Translations under genes and position numbers: made by a program
Notes under the pieces: generated by a model
What the model was told of the DNA's origin: nothing
Seen by the model: only the letters and a program-made list of their open reading frames with translations
Databases searched by the model: none
Shown here: positions 27,686 to 35,505 of the stretch, piece by piece
How positions within the stretch are numbered: the first letter of the stretch is position 1
How the letters are laid out: each line of letters starts with the position of its first letter
Assembly: GCA_963790365.1 (NCBI GenBank)
Contig: CAWBOU010000016.1
Coordinates: forward strand, 141,783-205,782
Direction: 5' to 3'
DNA: 64,000 nucleotides
From: an uncultured delta proteobacterium
GTDB lineage: Bacteria; Desulfobacterota; Binatia; JACPRU01

Positions 27686-30241
27686 ATGAATCGATGGTTC
27701 CGAATTTTCGCGACTATCCTGTGGATCGGGGTCGCCACGGCGTCCTGCAGCAAGCGGATCGAGGGGCCGAACGTGGTGCTGATCACGCTCGATACGACCC
27801 GCGCCGACCGCCTGGGCACGATGGGTTACAAACAAGCGCAGACTCCGGTGCTCGACGCGCTCGCCACGCGCGGCGCCGTCTTCGAGCGTGCGTACAGCTC
27901 CGCACCGATCACGCTGCCGTCGCACACGACGATGCTGACGGGGCTCGAGCCCAATCGGCACCGCGTCCACAACAACGGCGCGTTCGTCGCTCCGCCCTCG
28001 CTCGAGACGTTGCCGGAGCGACTGAAGGAGCGCGGATATCGTACGGGCGCGTTCGTGAGCGCGTTCGTGATCGATCGGGCGTTCGGCCTCGATCAAGGCT
28101 TCGACGTCTACGACTCCGATACTCCTCAGGATTATCAGCCGCCGATCGTGATGATCCCCAAGCGCAACGGCAGCGACACGACCGACAATGCACTCACGTG
28201 GGTGAAGGGCGTCGGCGACGCTCCGTATTTTCTGTGGGTCCACTATTACGACGTCCATATTCCGCGGTACGCGCCTGCCCCCTTCAACAAGATCCCCGAT
28301 CGCTACGATGGCGCGCTCGCGTACGTCGATTCTCAGATCGGGCGCCTGTTGGCCGACGTCGAGAAGACGGCGAACGGACGCGAGACGCTGATCATCGTCA
28401 CCGCCGACCACGGGGAGAGCCTCGGCGCGCACGGGGAGCTCACTCACGGCGGATTGGTCTACGACTCGTCGCTCCACGTGCCGATGATCGTGGCCGGACG
28501 CGGGTTTCCCGCGGGGACGCGGTCCCGCAACTTCGCGAGGACTTCCGACGTCACGCCGACGGTGCTCGCCGCCGTCGGGGCGCCGCTCCCGACGGACCTG
28601 GACGGCCGCCCGCTGCAGAATCGGCTGGCCAAGGAGGACGAAGCGGAAACCGCGTACTTCGAGACGATGCTTCCGTCGAGCGATTTCGGTTGGGCGCGCC
28701 TTGCCGGCATTCGCACGCCGCGCTGGAAGCTGACCGGAGAGCCGCTTCCCGTCGAGCTCTTCGACGTGATGGCCGATCCCGAGGAGGCCGCGGATCGTGC
28801 GACGCAAGCGCCGGACGAGGTCGCGCGGTTGACCAAGGCGTTCGAAGCGATACGCGCCGCGCCGCTCACGGAGCGTTCGGAGATGCCCGCGGAAGTCGAA
28901 GAGAAGCTCGCGGCTCTCGGCTACGTCGCCCAGGCGCAGCGCTTCGAGCCCGGCAAGGAGCCCGATCCGCGAACGGCGATCGGCGCGATCACCCTCGTGC
29001 AGATGTCCCGAACGCTCTTGTCCGAGGGCAAGGTCGGCGAATCGATCGAAATGCTGGAGCTCTTCGGCCAGAGCCCGATCGCCGCGCCGATCGCTTGGCG
29101 GATGCTCGGTCCGCTGTACGTGCGCGCGGGCCGGTACGACGACGCGGTCGAGACCTACAAACAGCTCGCGGCGTCGACGAACAACATCCAGATCGAGATC
29201 CAGATGGCCGGCGCTCTCCTGATGGCCGAGCGTGCGACGGAAGCGCTCGAGTTGCTCGACGAGATCGAGAAGGCTTCTCCGGCGCGCGCTTCCCTGCTCC
29301 AGCTCCTGCGCGGTCGCGCGCTGCTCGCGGTGAACAAGCCGGAAGAAGCGATCAAGGTCGCCGCGCCTGTGCTCGAAGAGGATCCTTGGAACGACGCCAT
29401 GCTGGAGGTCGAGAGCGCCGCGCGCGCGAAGCAGGACGAGGTCGCGGAGATCGGGCGCCTCCAGCAACTCATCCGGAAGGCACCCAAGACAACGAAGCTC
29501 GTCGAGACTCGCGGTTGGCTCGCGCGTCTTTTGCACCGCCGGGGGCGTGATCGTGAAGCGAGAGAGCTCATCGATGCGGTAGCCAATCCTCCGCTCGAGC
29601 AGCAAGCGTTGCTCGCCGACATCGCGGCCGCGCACGGCGATGTCGAACGAGCCGTGAAGATCTACGAGAAGCTCGTCGCCTTGCTACCCGAGGGTGTCGA
29701 CTTCGCGCGGAGCCTCGCACGGCTCTACGTCGGGGTCGGTCGACACGACGACGCGCTGAAAACTTACGAGAGAGTGATCGCCGCGAATCCCAAGGACCCG
29801 TCGTCCTACGTCGATCGCGGCGCCCAGCTCTTCCGCCTGAAGCGCGTCGCCGAAGCGGAGCAGGACTATCGCAAGGCTCTCGCGCTCGACGAGCGGCAGC
29901 CCGAGGCCTCGTTCAACCTCTCGTTGTTGCTGCTGCGCAAGGGCGCCGACGGCGAAAAGGAGGCGGAGAAGTGGCTGCTGAAGGCGGTGGAGCAGCGGCC
30001 CGAATACGCCAAGGCGCACTACCACCTCGCGCGGCTTTACAATGCGCGCAAGGATCCGCGCGCGGCGACCCACGCAGAGAAGGCGGCCGCCGCATCGAGC
30101 GCAGCTCGAACGGCCGCGGCCGGAGCAGCGAGCCGTGGTCTCGGACGAGCTGGCTCCGCGGCGACCAAAGTCGAGAAAGTCGAGGGGCAGGTCGGCTCCG
30201 TTGAGGGGCAGACTGGCTCGCCCGCAACGAAAACGCGCTGA
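27686..30241 (+). CDS. Sulfatase-like hydrolase/transferase-TPR fusion; lipoprotein (paralogue S3)
   Basis: This is the in-frame part of track 27425..30241. ATG 27686 lies 34 nt after the S2 stop (MNRWFRIFATILWIGVATASC). It has 'NVVLITLDTTRADRLG', 'PITLPSHTTMLTGLEPNRHRVHNN', 'FLWVHYYDVHIPRY', 'VTADHGESLGAHGE' and 'LAALGYV', then a long TPR region and an Ala/Ser/Gly-rich tail. Confidence 0.85.
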   Translation: MNRWFRIFATILWIGVATASCSKRIEGPNVVLITLDTTRADRLGTMGYKQAQTPVLDALATRGAVFERAYSSAPITLPSHTTMLTGLEPNRHRVHNNGAFVAPPSLETLPERLKERGYRTGAFVSAFVIDRAFGLDQGFDVYDSDTPQDYQPPIVMIPKRNGSDTTDNALTWVKGVGDAPYFLWVHYYDVHIPRYAPAPFNKIPDRYDGALAYVDSQIGRLLADVEKTANGRETLIIVTADHGESLGAHGELTHGGLVYDSSLHVPMIVAGRGFPAGTRSRNFARTSDVTPTVLAAVGAPLPTDLDGRPLQNRLAKEDEAETAYFETMLPSSDFGWARLAGIRTPRWKLTGEPLPVELFDVMADPEEAADRATQAPDEVARLTKAFEAIRAAPLTERSEMPAEVEEKLAALGYVAQAQRFEPGKEPDPRTAIGAITLVQMSRTLLSEGKVGESIEMLELFGQSPIAAPIAWRMLGPLYVRAGRYDDAVETYKQLAASTNNIQIEIQMAGALLMAERATEALELLDEIEKASPARASLLQLLRGRALLAVNKPEEAIKVAAPVLEEDPWNDAMLEVESAARAKQDEVAEIGRLQQLIRKAPKTTKLVETRGWLARLLHRRGRDREARELIDAVANPPLEQQALLADIAAAHGDVERAVKIYEKLVALLPEGVDFARSLARLYVGVGRHDDALKTYERVIAANPKDPSSYVDRGAQLFRLKRVAEAEQDYRKALALDERQPEASFNLSLLLLRKGADGEKEAEKWLLKAVEQRPEYAKAHYHLARLYNARKDPRAATHAEKAAAASSAARTAAAGAASRGLGRAGSAATKVEKVEGQVGSVEGQTGSPATKTR

Positions 30242-30405
30242 GTTGTTTGACAAGGGCGCGGAAAACGAAGTAGACAGCCGCCTGTGATTCGTAGTGGCGC
30301 GAATGCCGCCGGCTGGACGAGGGGTTAGACAGAAGCTGACCGCATGTCCGGCGCGGTGGTCTTTTCGAAATTCAACCTGACACGAAGATTGCGGAGGACG
30401 GAACA

Positions 30406-31047
30406 ATGAAGGCGGTGAATCGGATGGGTTGGCTGCTGAGCCTCGCAGGCGCGTTGCTGCTGACGGCGACCACGAGCTGGGCGGGGTACGGTGAGCGGAC
30501 GGACGTTCTCTCCTCGAACGGCGAATCGTTCACGAACGCCGGCATCGATGACGACGGTAACTTCGTGTTCGACAACGCCTATGGCGTTTACAACTACAAC
30601 TCGTACAACTACGGCTACATCTACCGCACGGTGACGACGCCCGGCGGGAACGCGTCGGTGTACGCGGCCTTCGCCGTCGACGAGCCCGATCTCGTCGAGC
30701 GCGAGAGCGGCAAGTCGAAGCTCAAGTCGAGCGACCAGCTCTTCGTCGAGGATGTGACCCTGTACTCGGCGGGCGGACTCGGCACCGTTGCGAACGCGGC
30801 CGACACCTTCAACCTCCCCGGCTGCAAGGGCAAGATCAAGCTCCAGGGCCCGCCGGCCCCCTACTCCCCGACCGACACGAGCAGCGCAGCGACTGCCGTC
30901 ACGGTGGTCAACTGCACCGAGCCGGCGTTGGCGGCGCTCTTCCCGGATGCCACGGTTCGCGCCCGCGTGCAGGAGCTGATCGGTACGCGTGACGACGGCA
31001 CCGGCCTCAAGTTCAAGGGCGCCGGACTCGTCGATACGGACCTCTAA
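30406..31047 (+). CDS. Secreted protein of unknown family, triplet copy 1
   Basis: Track ORF with GGAGGA 8 nt upstream. It has a Sec signal ending ..TTSWA|GYGERTD and a mature ~187 aa. Motifs are GIDDDGNFVFDNAY, YNYNSYNYGYIYRTVTTPGGNASVY, two Cys residues, and the C-terminus GLVDTDL. Confidence 0.85.
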   Translation: MKAVNRMGWLLSLAGALLLTATTSWAGYGERTDVLSSNGESFTNAGIDDDGNFVFDNAYGVYNYNSYNYGYIYRTVTTPGGNASVYAAFAVDEPDLVERESGKSKLKSSDQLFVEDVTLYSAGGLGTVANAADTFNLPGCKGKIKLQGPPAPYSPTDTSSAATAVTVVNCTEPALAALFPDATVRARVQELIGTRDDGTGLKFKGAGLVDTDL

Positions 31048-31094
31048 TCGATTCGGATCAGGCGACCTCCTAAGCAAGAGGAGAGGGGATACCA

Positions 31095-31724
31095 GTGAAA
31101 CTCGGCAAAGCTCTGGCGACGGCAATTGCGGTGTTGTGCCTGACCAGCCCGACCTGGGCGGGTTATGGCGAGCGGACGGACGTGCTGTCCTCCGCTGGTG
31201 AATCGTTCACGAACTCCGGCATCGACGACGACGGCAACTTCGTGTTCGACAATGCGTACCTCGTCTACAACTACAACTCGTACAACTACGGCTACATCTA
31301 CCGCACGGTGACGACCCCGGGCGGGAACGCGTCGGTGTACGCGGCCTTCGCCGTCGACGAGCCCGATCTCGTCGAGCGCGAGAGCGGCAAGTCGAAGCTC
31401 AAGTCGAGCGACCAGCTCTTCGTCGAGGACGTGACCCTCTACTCGGCGGGCGGACTCGGCACGGTCGCGAACGCGGCCGACAGCTTCAACCTCCCCGGTT
31501 GCAAGGGCAAGATCAAGCTGAATGGCCCGCCGGCTCCCTACGATCCGACGGCAACCGATACTGCGGCAACCGGCGTGACGACCGTCAAGTGCACCGAGGC
31601 GGCGATGGCGGCGCTCTTCCCGGACGCCACGGTTCGCGCCCGCGTGCAGGAGCTGGTCGGTACGCTTGACGACGGCACCGGCCTCAAGTTCAAGGGCGCC
31701 GGACTCGTCGATACGGATCTATAG
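31095..31724 (+). CDS. Secreted protein of unknown family, triplet copy 2
   Basis: Track ORF with a GTG start and GAGGAG upstream. The signal ends ..SPTWA|GYGERTD. The mature region is a close paralogue of copy 1. Confidence 0.85.
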   Translation: MKLGKALATAIAVLCLTSPTWAGYGERTDVLSSAGESFTNSGIDDDGNFVFDNAYLVYNYNSYNYGYIYRTVTTPGGNASVYAAFAVDEPDLVERESGKSKLKSSDQLFVEDVTLYSAGGLGTVANAADSFNLPGCKGKIKLNGPPAPYDPTATDTAATGVTTVKCTEAAMAALFPDATVRARVQELVGTLDDGTGLKFKGAGLVDTDL

Positions 31725-31763
31725 AAACGCACAGCTTCTTAAGGACAAGCGAAAGGATCGAGA

Positions 31764-32402
31764 ATGAAAGCATCGAAACTTCTGGTAACGGTGTTCGCCA
31801 TCGCGACCGCGGTCTGCTTCGCGAGCCCGAGCTGGGCGGGCTACGGTGAGCGGACCGACATCCTGTCGACGAACGGCGAGTCGTTCACGAACTCCGGCAT
31901 CGACGAAGACGGCAACTTCGTCTTCGACAACGCGTACTCAATCTACAGCTACAACTCCTACAACTACGGCTGGATCTACCGGACCGTGACGACGCCGGGC
32001 GGGAACGCTTCGGTGTACGCGGCCTTCGCCGTCGACGAGCCTGATCTCGTCGAGCGCGAGAGCGGCAAGTTGAAGCTCAAGTCGAGCGACCAGCTCTTCG
32101 TCGAGGACGTGACTCTCTTCTCGGCGGGCGGACTCGGCACGGTCGCGAACGCGGCCGATAGCTTCAACCTCCAAGGCTGCAAGGGCAAGGTCAAGCTCAC
32201 CGGGCCGCCGGCTCCGTACTCCCCGACCGACACCAGCAGCGCAGCGGCGGGCGTCGCGGTCGTCAACTGCACCGAGGCCGCGCTCGCGGCGCTCTTCCCG
32301 GACGGCACGGTTCGCGACCGCGTACAGGAGCTGCTCGGCACGCGTGATGACGGCACCGGCATCAAGTGGAAGGCGACCGGGCTCGTCGATACCGATCTCT
32401 AG
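31764..32402 (+). CDS. Secreted protein of unknown family, triplet copy 3
   Basis: Track ORF with AAAGGA upstream. The signal ends ..SPSWA|GYGERTD. This is the most diverged copy (for example GWIYRT and GIKWKATG). Confidence 0.85.
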   Translation: MKASKLLVTVFAIATAVCFASPSWAGYGERTDILSTNGESFTNSGIDEDGNFVFDNAYSIYSYNSYNYGWIYRTVTTPGGNASVYAAFAVDEPDLVERESGKLKLKSSDQLFVEDVTLFSAGGLGTVANAADSFNLQGCKGKVKLTGPPAPYSPTDTSSAAAGVAVVNCTEAALAALFPDGTVRDRVQELLGTRDDGTGIKWKATGLVDTDL

Positions 32403-32440
32403 ATCGCGCAGCCTCTAACCAAACATCAATTCAACGAAGT

Positions 32441-32483
32441 GCGGGTCGGTCGCGCTCAGGCACGACCGGCCCGCGCCGTTTTT
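32441..32483 (+). terminator. Candidate intrinsic terminator after the triplet array
   Basis: The stem gcgggtcggtcg (32441-32452) pairs with cgaccggcccgc (32463-32474). That is 12 bp including one G-U pair, with a 10-nt loop. After a gccg spacer comes TTTTT (32479-32483), a rare run in this GC-rich DNA. Confidence 0.5.
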
Positions 32484-32490
32484 GGGAAGC

Positions 32491-33048
32491 ATGAAGAAAC
32501 TCGTTTTCACCACGCGAATCGCGTTCGCCTGCACGATGCTGCTCGGCTGGATCGTGGCGGGCTGCTCCAAGGAGTCGCCTTCCGCCGCTCTACCATCGGT
32601 CGACGCGGGTGAGGTTGCCGCTGCGGTTTCCGCGGATGGCGAGGTGACTCTCGCCGCCAACCAGGTGACGCGCCAAGCGGCACTCAAGGAGCTCGCGCGC
32701 GCCGCCAAGTTCGAGCTCGTCGTCAAGCCGATCGACAAGACCGAACAGACGACCCTGCGGCTCGAAGGTGTTTCCCTGGACGATGCGGTCGAGAAGCTCG
32801 CTGGAGGAGATCCCTACTTCTTGTCCTACAAGTTCGACTCGGCGACCTCGCGGCACGTGCTGCAAACGGTGGCCGTCGGCGAGCACCAGGACGCGCGCTC
32901 GATCCATCTCAAACGGCGCCGCGAGCGGCGCGCGAAGATCGACCTCAGGAAGAAAGAGCTCCTGAAGCAGAAGCAAGAGCGCGAGGCGACAGGGGAGGCA
33001 CCGCCGTCTCCGTCAGCGGCCGAAACCCCGACCGCTCCGCTGAGCTAG
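32491..33048 (+). CDS. Lipoprotein with an STN-like domain and a Lys/Arg/Glu-rich tail
   Basis: Track ORF 32482..33048. I prefer ATG 32491 (MKKLVFTTRIAFACTMLLGWIVAGC). 'VTLAANQVTRQAALKELARAAKFELVV...TLRLEGVSLDDAVEKLAG' resembles a secretin/TonB short N-terminal (STN) domain. It is followed by 'KRRRERRAKIDLRKKELLKQKQERE'. It is a paralogue of 36057..36791. Confidence 0.55.
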   Translation: MKKLVFTTRIAFACTMLLGWIVAGCSKESPSAALPSVDAGEVAAAVSADGEVTLAANQVTRQAALKELARAAKFELVVKPIDKTEQTTLRLEGVSLDDAVEKLAGGDPYFLSYKFDSATSRHVLQTVAVGEHQDARSIHLKRRRERRAKIDLRKKELLKQKQEREATGEAPPSPSAAETPTAPLS

Positions 33049-33929
33049 GGTGACGCCCAGGGAAGCGGCGCAAGGGCGATGCTGTAGGTGAGAATCGCGA
33101 GGAACGCGCCGAGGTAGAGAAGCCAGGTGCCGGACGGGCGCGCCTCACACTGCGCCATTCCCATGGCGGCGAGAACCCAGCCGAAGAGCGGAACCTGCGC
33201 GACCACGTAGGTGGTGAACAGAAAGCCCGCGAGGATCAGGTCGCGCCACTTGGACAAGCCGCGATTCCGCGGCCAGAGGAACGCGGCGGCGACGAGCGCC
33301 TCGATCGCCTGGGTCCACCACGTCATCAGCTGTCCGGCCCAGTAGGCGCGCGAGGTGCCGTGCAGCACGATGCTCGCGGGCGCGGTGTCGTAGCGGTGGA
33401 GCAGCTCCTCGACGGCGAGATAGTTCTCGCGGAGGAGGTTCGAATCCATTCCGGCGAGCCAACTCGCGGAGAGACGGAAGCGCGGCTCGCCCTGCAGCAT
33501 CAGGAAGTGGAAGAAGCTGCCGTCGAGGTAGTCGGGGGTGATCGCCTTCTGAACGACGGACAAGAGAAAGACGAGGCCGATCAGCAGGCGGGCGCTCCAG
33601 GCGATCACCTCTTCCGGGCGGGTGGCCAACAGCGCCAAGCCGATGCAGAGCGTCCAGTAGTTGATCAGGTACTTGTGGTTGTCGACGATCCACCAGCTTT
33701 CGAAGATCGACCAGGCGAGCGCCGCGGAGATCACGAACCAGAGGGCGGCGGCGCGGCGTAGCGGGGCGTAGAGCAGAGCCGCCACCGGCAGCAAGATCGT
33801 CGTGTAGCCGATCGAGTGATCCTGCGTGAGCAGCACGCACGTGGCCGCCAGCGAGAGCTCGACCGGATCGGGGCGGTCGCGCGTCAAACGCTCGCGCAGG
33901 CGACGGAACCAGGCACGCATCGAAGCCAT
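33045..33929 (-). CDS. Truncated HTTM-like polytopic membrane protein (SdpB-like?), module A
   Basis: Track ORF. It has about 8 helices. 'WWIVDNHKYLINYW' aligns with 'SEYLNHAYLYCW' of the full-length HTTM protein at 17373. It is a close paralogue of 43089..43943. Confidence 0.6.
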   Translation of the reverse strand: MASMRAWFRRLRERLTRDRPDPVELSLAATCVLLTQDHSIGYTTILLPVAALLYAPLRRAAALWFVISAALAWSIFESWWIVDNHKYLINYWTLCIGLALLATRPEEVIAWSARLLIGLVFLLSVVQKAITPDYLDGSFFHFLMLQGEPRFRLSASWLAGMDSNLLRENYLAVEELLHRYDTAPASIVLHGTSRAYWAGQLMTWWTQAIEALVAAAFLWPRNRGLSKWRDLILAGFLFTTYVVAQVPLFGWVLAAMGMAQCEARPSGTWLLYLGAFLAILTYSIALAPLPWASP

Positions 33930-33936
33930 GGGTCTC

Positions 33937-35502
33937 TCAGGGGAAAGTCGCGCGCACGCGCTCGGGCATTTTCCACGTGCGGTCGAAGTCCGGCCGATTC
34001 GGCACGAACACCGCGCTCAGATCGTCTTCGAACACCATGCGCCAGTCGGAACGTCGGCGCATCAGTCGATATTGCGGCAGGCGTCGCTCCACGAGCACGA
34101 GCTCGGTCGGATATTCGTCCAGCAACCGCTCCCACCCCGGCTTGCCGAAGAGAAAGGCCCAGTTGTCGCTCGCGGAGGTCTCGTCATAGAGCTCGGCGCG
34201 ACTGTCGAAGGAAACGCGGCACGCGGGGTACAGCTTCCAGATGATGAACGCGCCCCAGACGTAGGGCGTGGCGATGTTCCCGGAAAGCTCGTTCAATCGG
34301 ATGAACTCGGCGGCACCGTACGGGAAAGAACGGACCTTGCGAACGTGGTGCTCGAACGTCCAGACTTTCCAACGTTGCGGCTGCGCGACCTCGCGAGCCG
34401 CGACGAGGAAAATCGCCGTGCCGGCGATCGCGGCCAACGCACGACGGGCTCCCATGGAGAGACCCCTCGGCGGCGCGAGGAGCCCGGAGAACCGCGCCGC
34501 GAGCGGCTGAAGCGCGCGAGTGATGGCGCCGGGGAGGAACGCCGCGACCGCGATCCCGAAGAACGGGATGTGCCGGATCTGAAGACAAGCCGCGAGCAAC
34601 GTGACTGCGATGACCCCGGATCGAGCAGCGTCCCGCCTGAGCTCCGTAGCGAGCACCGCAGCAGCCGTTGCGATCGCCAACGCGACCATCGTGACGAACG
34701 GCTTCTGCGGCAAGGTGAAGAGCGAGCCCCACTCGATGATGTTTTCGCGGGGCGTCCCCGCGGCGCGGAGCGCGAACCGCCAGTAGTCGAGCCCCCAAGG
34801 GGTCAGCAACGTCGCGAGCGTGGCAGCCAAGGCGAACCCGACGAGCGGGATCATGCGTTCACGAGCGACGGGCTCGGCCGCCCGGGCGAACACCGCCGCA
34901 GCGAGGCGCCCGAGCGTGTAGACCCACAGGATTCCAACGCCGGCTGTGACGCCGCCGTGGAAGTTCGCCCAGACGAGCATCAAAGGCACCAGCCACGCGA
35001 GACGCTTCGAGCCACGGGCGCCTGCCGACGCGAGCACCCAGAGCTCGACCGCGAACAGAAAGAACGTGATCCCCTGCGGACGGAAGAACGAGTAGGCGGG
35101 TGCGGTCGGCGTCGCGACGGAGAGCAGCACGGCGCAAGCCACCCACCATGCGGCACCCTGGGCCCGTGCGGCCGCGTAGACCGCGATGCACGTGCCGAGC
35201 CAGAGACCGGCCCTGACGACGAGCAAGCCGGTGCCTCCGAGCTCGCGCGCGATGAGGTAGGTGCAGACGTCGCTCAGCCAGTGGTACACCCACGGCTCGA
35301 TCGTCGGCATGTAAGAGAAGGGGTCGATCTTGGTGACCTCTCCCGATTCGACGATGAGCCGGCCGTACGCCATGTAGCCCCACGTGTCGACCAACACGAC
35401 GGGCGCCGGCTGGAACGTCAGAAGCGTCGCTGCAACCGCCGCCCCGATGCAGACCACGAGCGCGACGCCGGGCAAGTCCCTACCCAAGCCGGACATCGAC
35501 AT
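33937..35502 (-). CDS. Large polytopic membrane protein with a C-terminal soluble domain (GT-C-like architecture; function unassigned)
   Basis: Track ORF. It has about 12 helices ('LVWANFHGGVTAG') followed by ~150 aa of soluble sequence ('FPYGAAEFIRLNELSGNIATPYVWGAFIIWKLYPACRVSFDSR'). The architecture resembles GT-C enzymes. I recognise no diagnostic motif. Confidence 0.45.
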   Translation of the reverse strand: MSMSGLGRDLPGVALVVCIGAAVAATLLTFQPAPVVLVDTWGYMAYGRLIVESGEVTKIDPFSYMPTIEPWVYHWLSDVCTYLIARELGGTGLLVVRAGLWLGTCIAVYAAARAQGAAWWVACAVLLSVATPTAPAYSFFRPQGITFFLFAVELWVLASAGARGSKRLAWLVPLMLVWANFHGGVTAGVGILWVYTLGRLAAAVFARAAEPVARERMIPLVGFALAATLATLLTPWGLDYWRFALRAAGTPRENIIEWGSLFTLPQKPFVTMVALAIATAAAVLATELRRDAARSGVIAVTLLAACLQIRHIPFFGIAVAAFLPGAITRALQPLAARFSGLLAPPRGLSMGARRALAAIAGTAIFLVAAREVAQPQRWKVWTFEHHVRKVRSFPYGAAEFIRLNELSGNIATPYVWGAFIIWKLYPACRVSFDSRAELYDETSASDNWAFLFGKPGWERLLDEYPTELVLVERRLPQYRLMRRRSDWRMVFEDDLSAVFVPNRPDFDRTWKMPERVRATFP

Positions 35503-35505
35503 GCC

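Larger units (their letters stand above)
30406..32402 (+). repeat. Tandem triplication of a ~640-670 bp gene unit (three paralogous secreted-protein genes)
   Basis: The mature regions of the three ORFs are near-identical at protein level and largely so at DNA level. For example, 30589..30752 versus 31266..31429 differ at only 2 of 164 nt. Confidence 0.9.

Noticed and set aside
30167-30220. Micro-tandem repeats in the S3 tail: 2 x 9 nt aaagtcgag, then 2 x 21 nt gt(c/t)gaggggcag(gt/ac)(c/t)ggctc(c/g), encoding KVEKVEGQVGSVEGQTGS.
   Set aside because: This is a low-complexity C-terminal tail of a coding gene. With only two copies there is no sign of a regulatory or CRISPR-like array.
30248-30277. 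A perfect TTGACA (30248-30253) upstream of the triplet, considered as a sigma-70 promoter.
   Set aside because: The best -10 at the right spacing is GTAGAC/TAGACA, a poor match. The promoter consensus for this taxon is unknown, so this is not supportable as a feature.
30339-30366. A small hairpin (accgc..gcggt) followed by TTTT, between S3 and triplet copy 1.
   Set aside because: It has only a 5-bp stem with a 9-nt loop. That is too weak to call a terminator or a 5'-UTR element.
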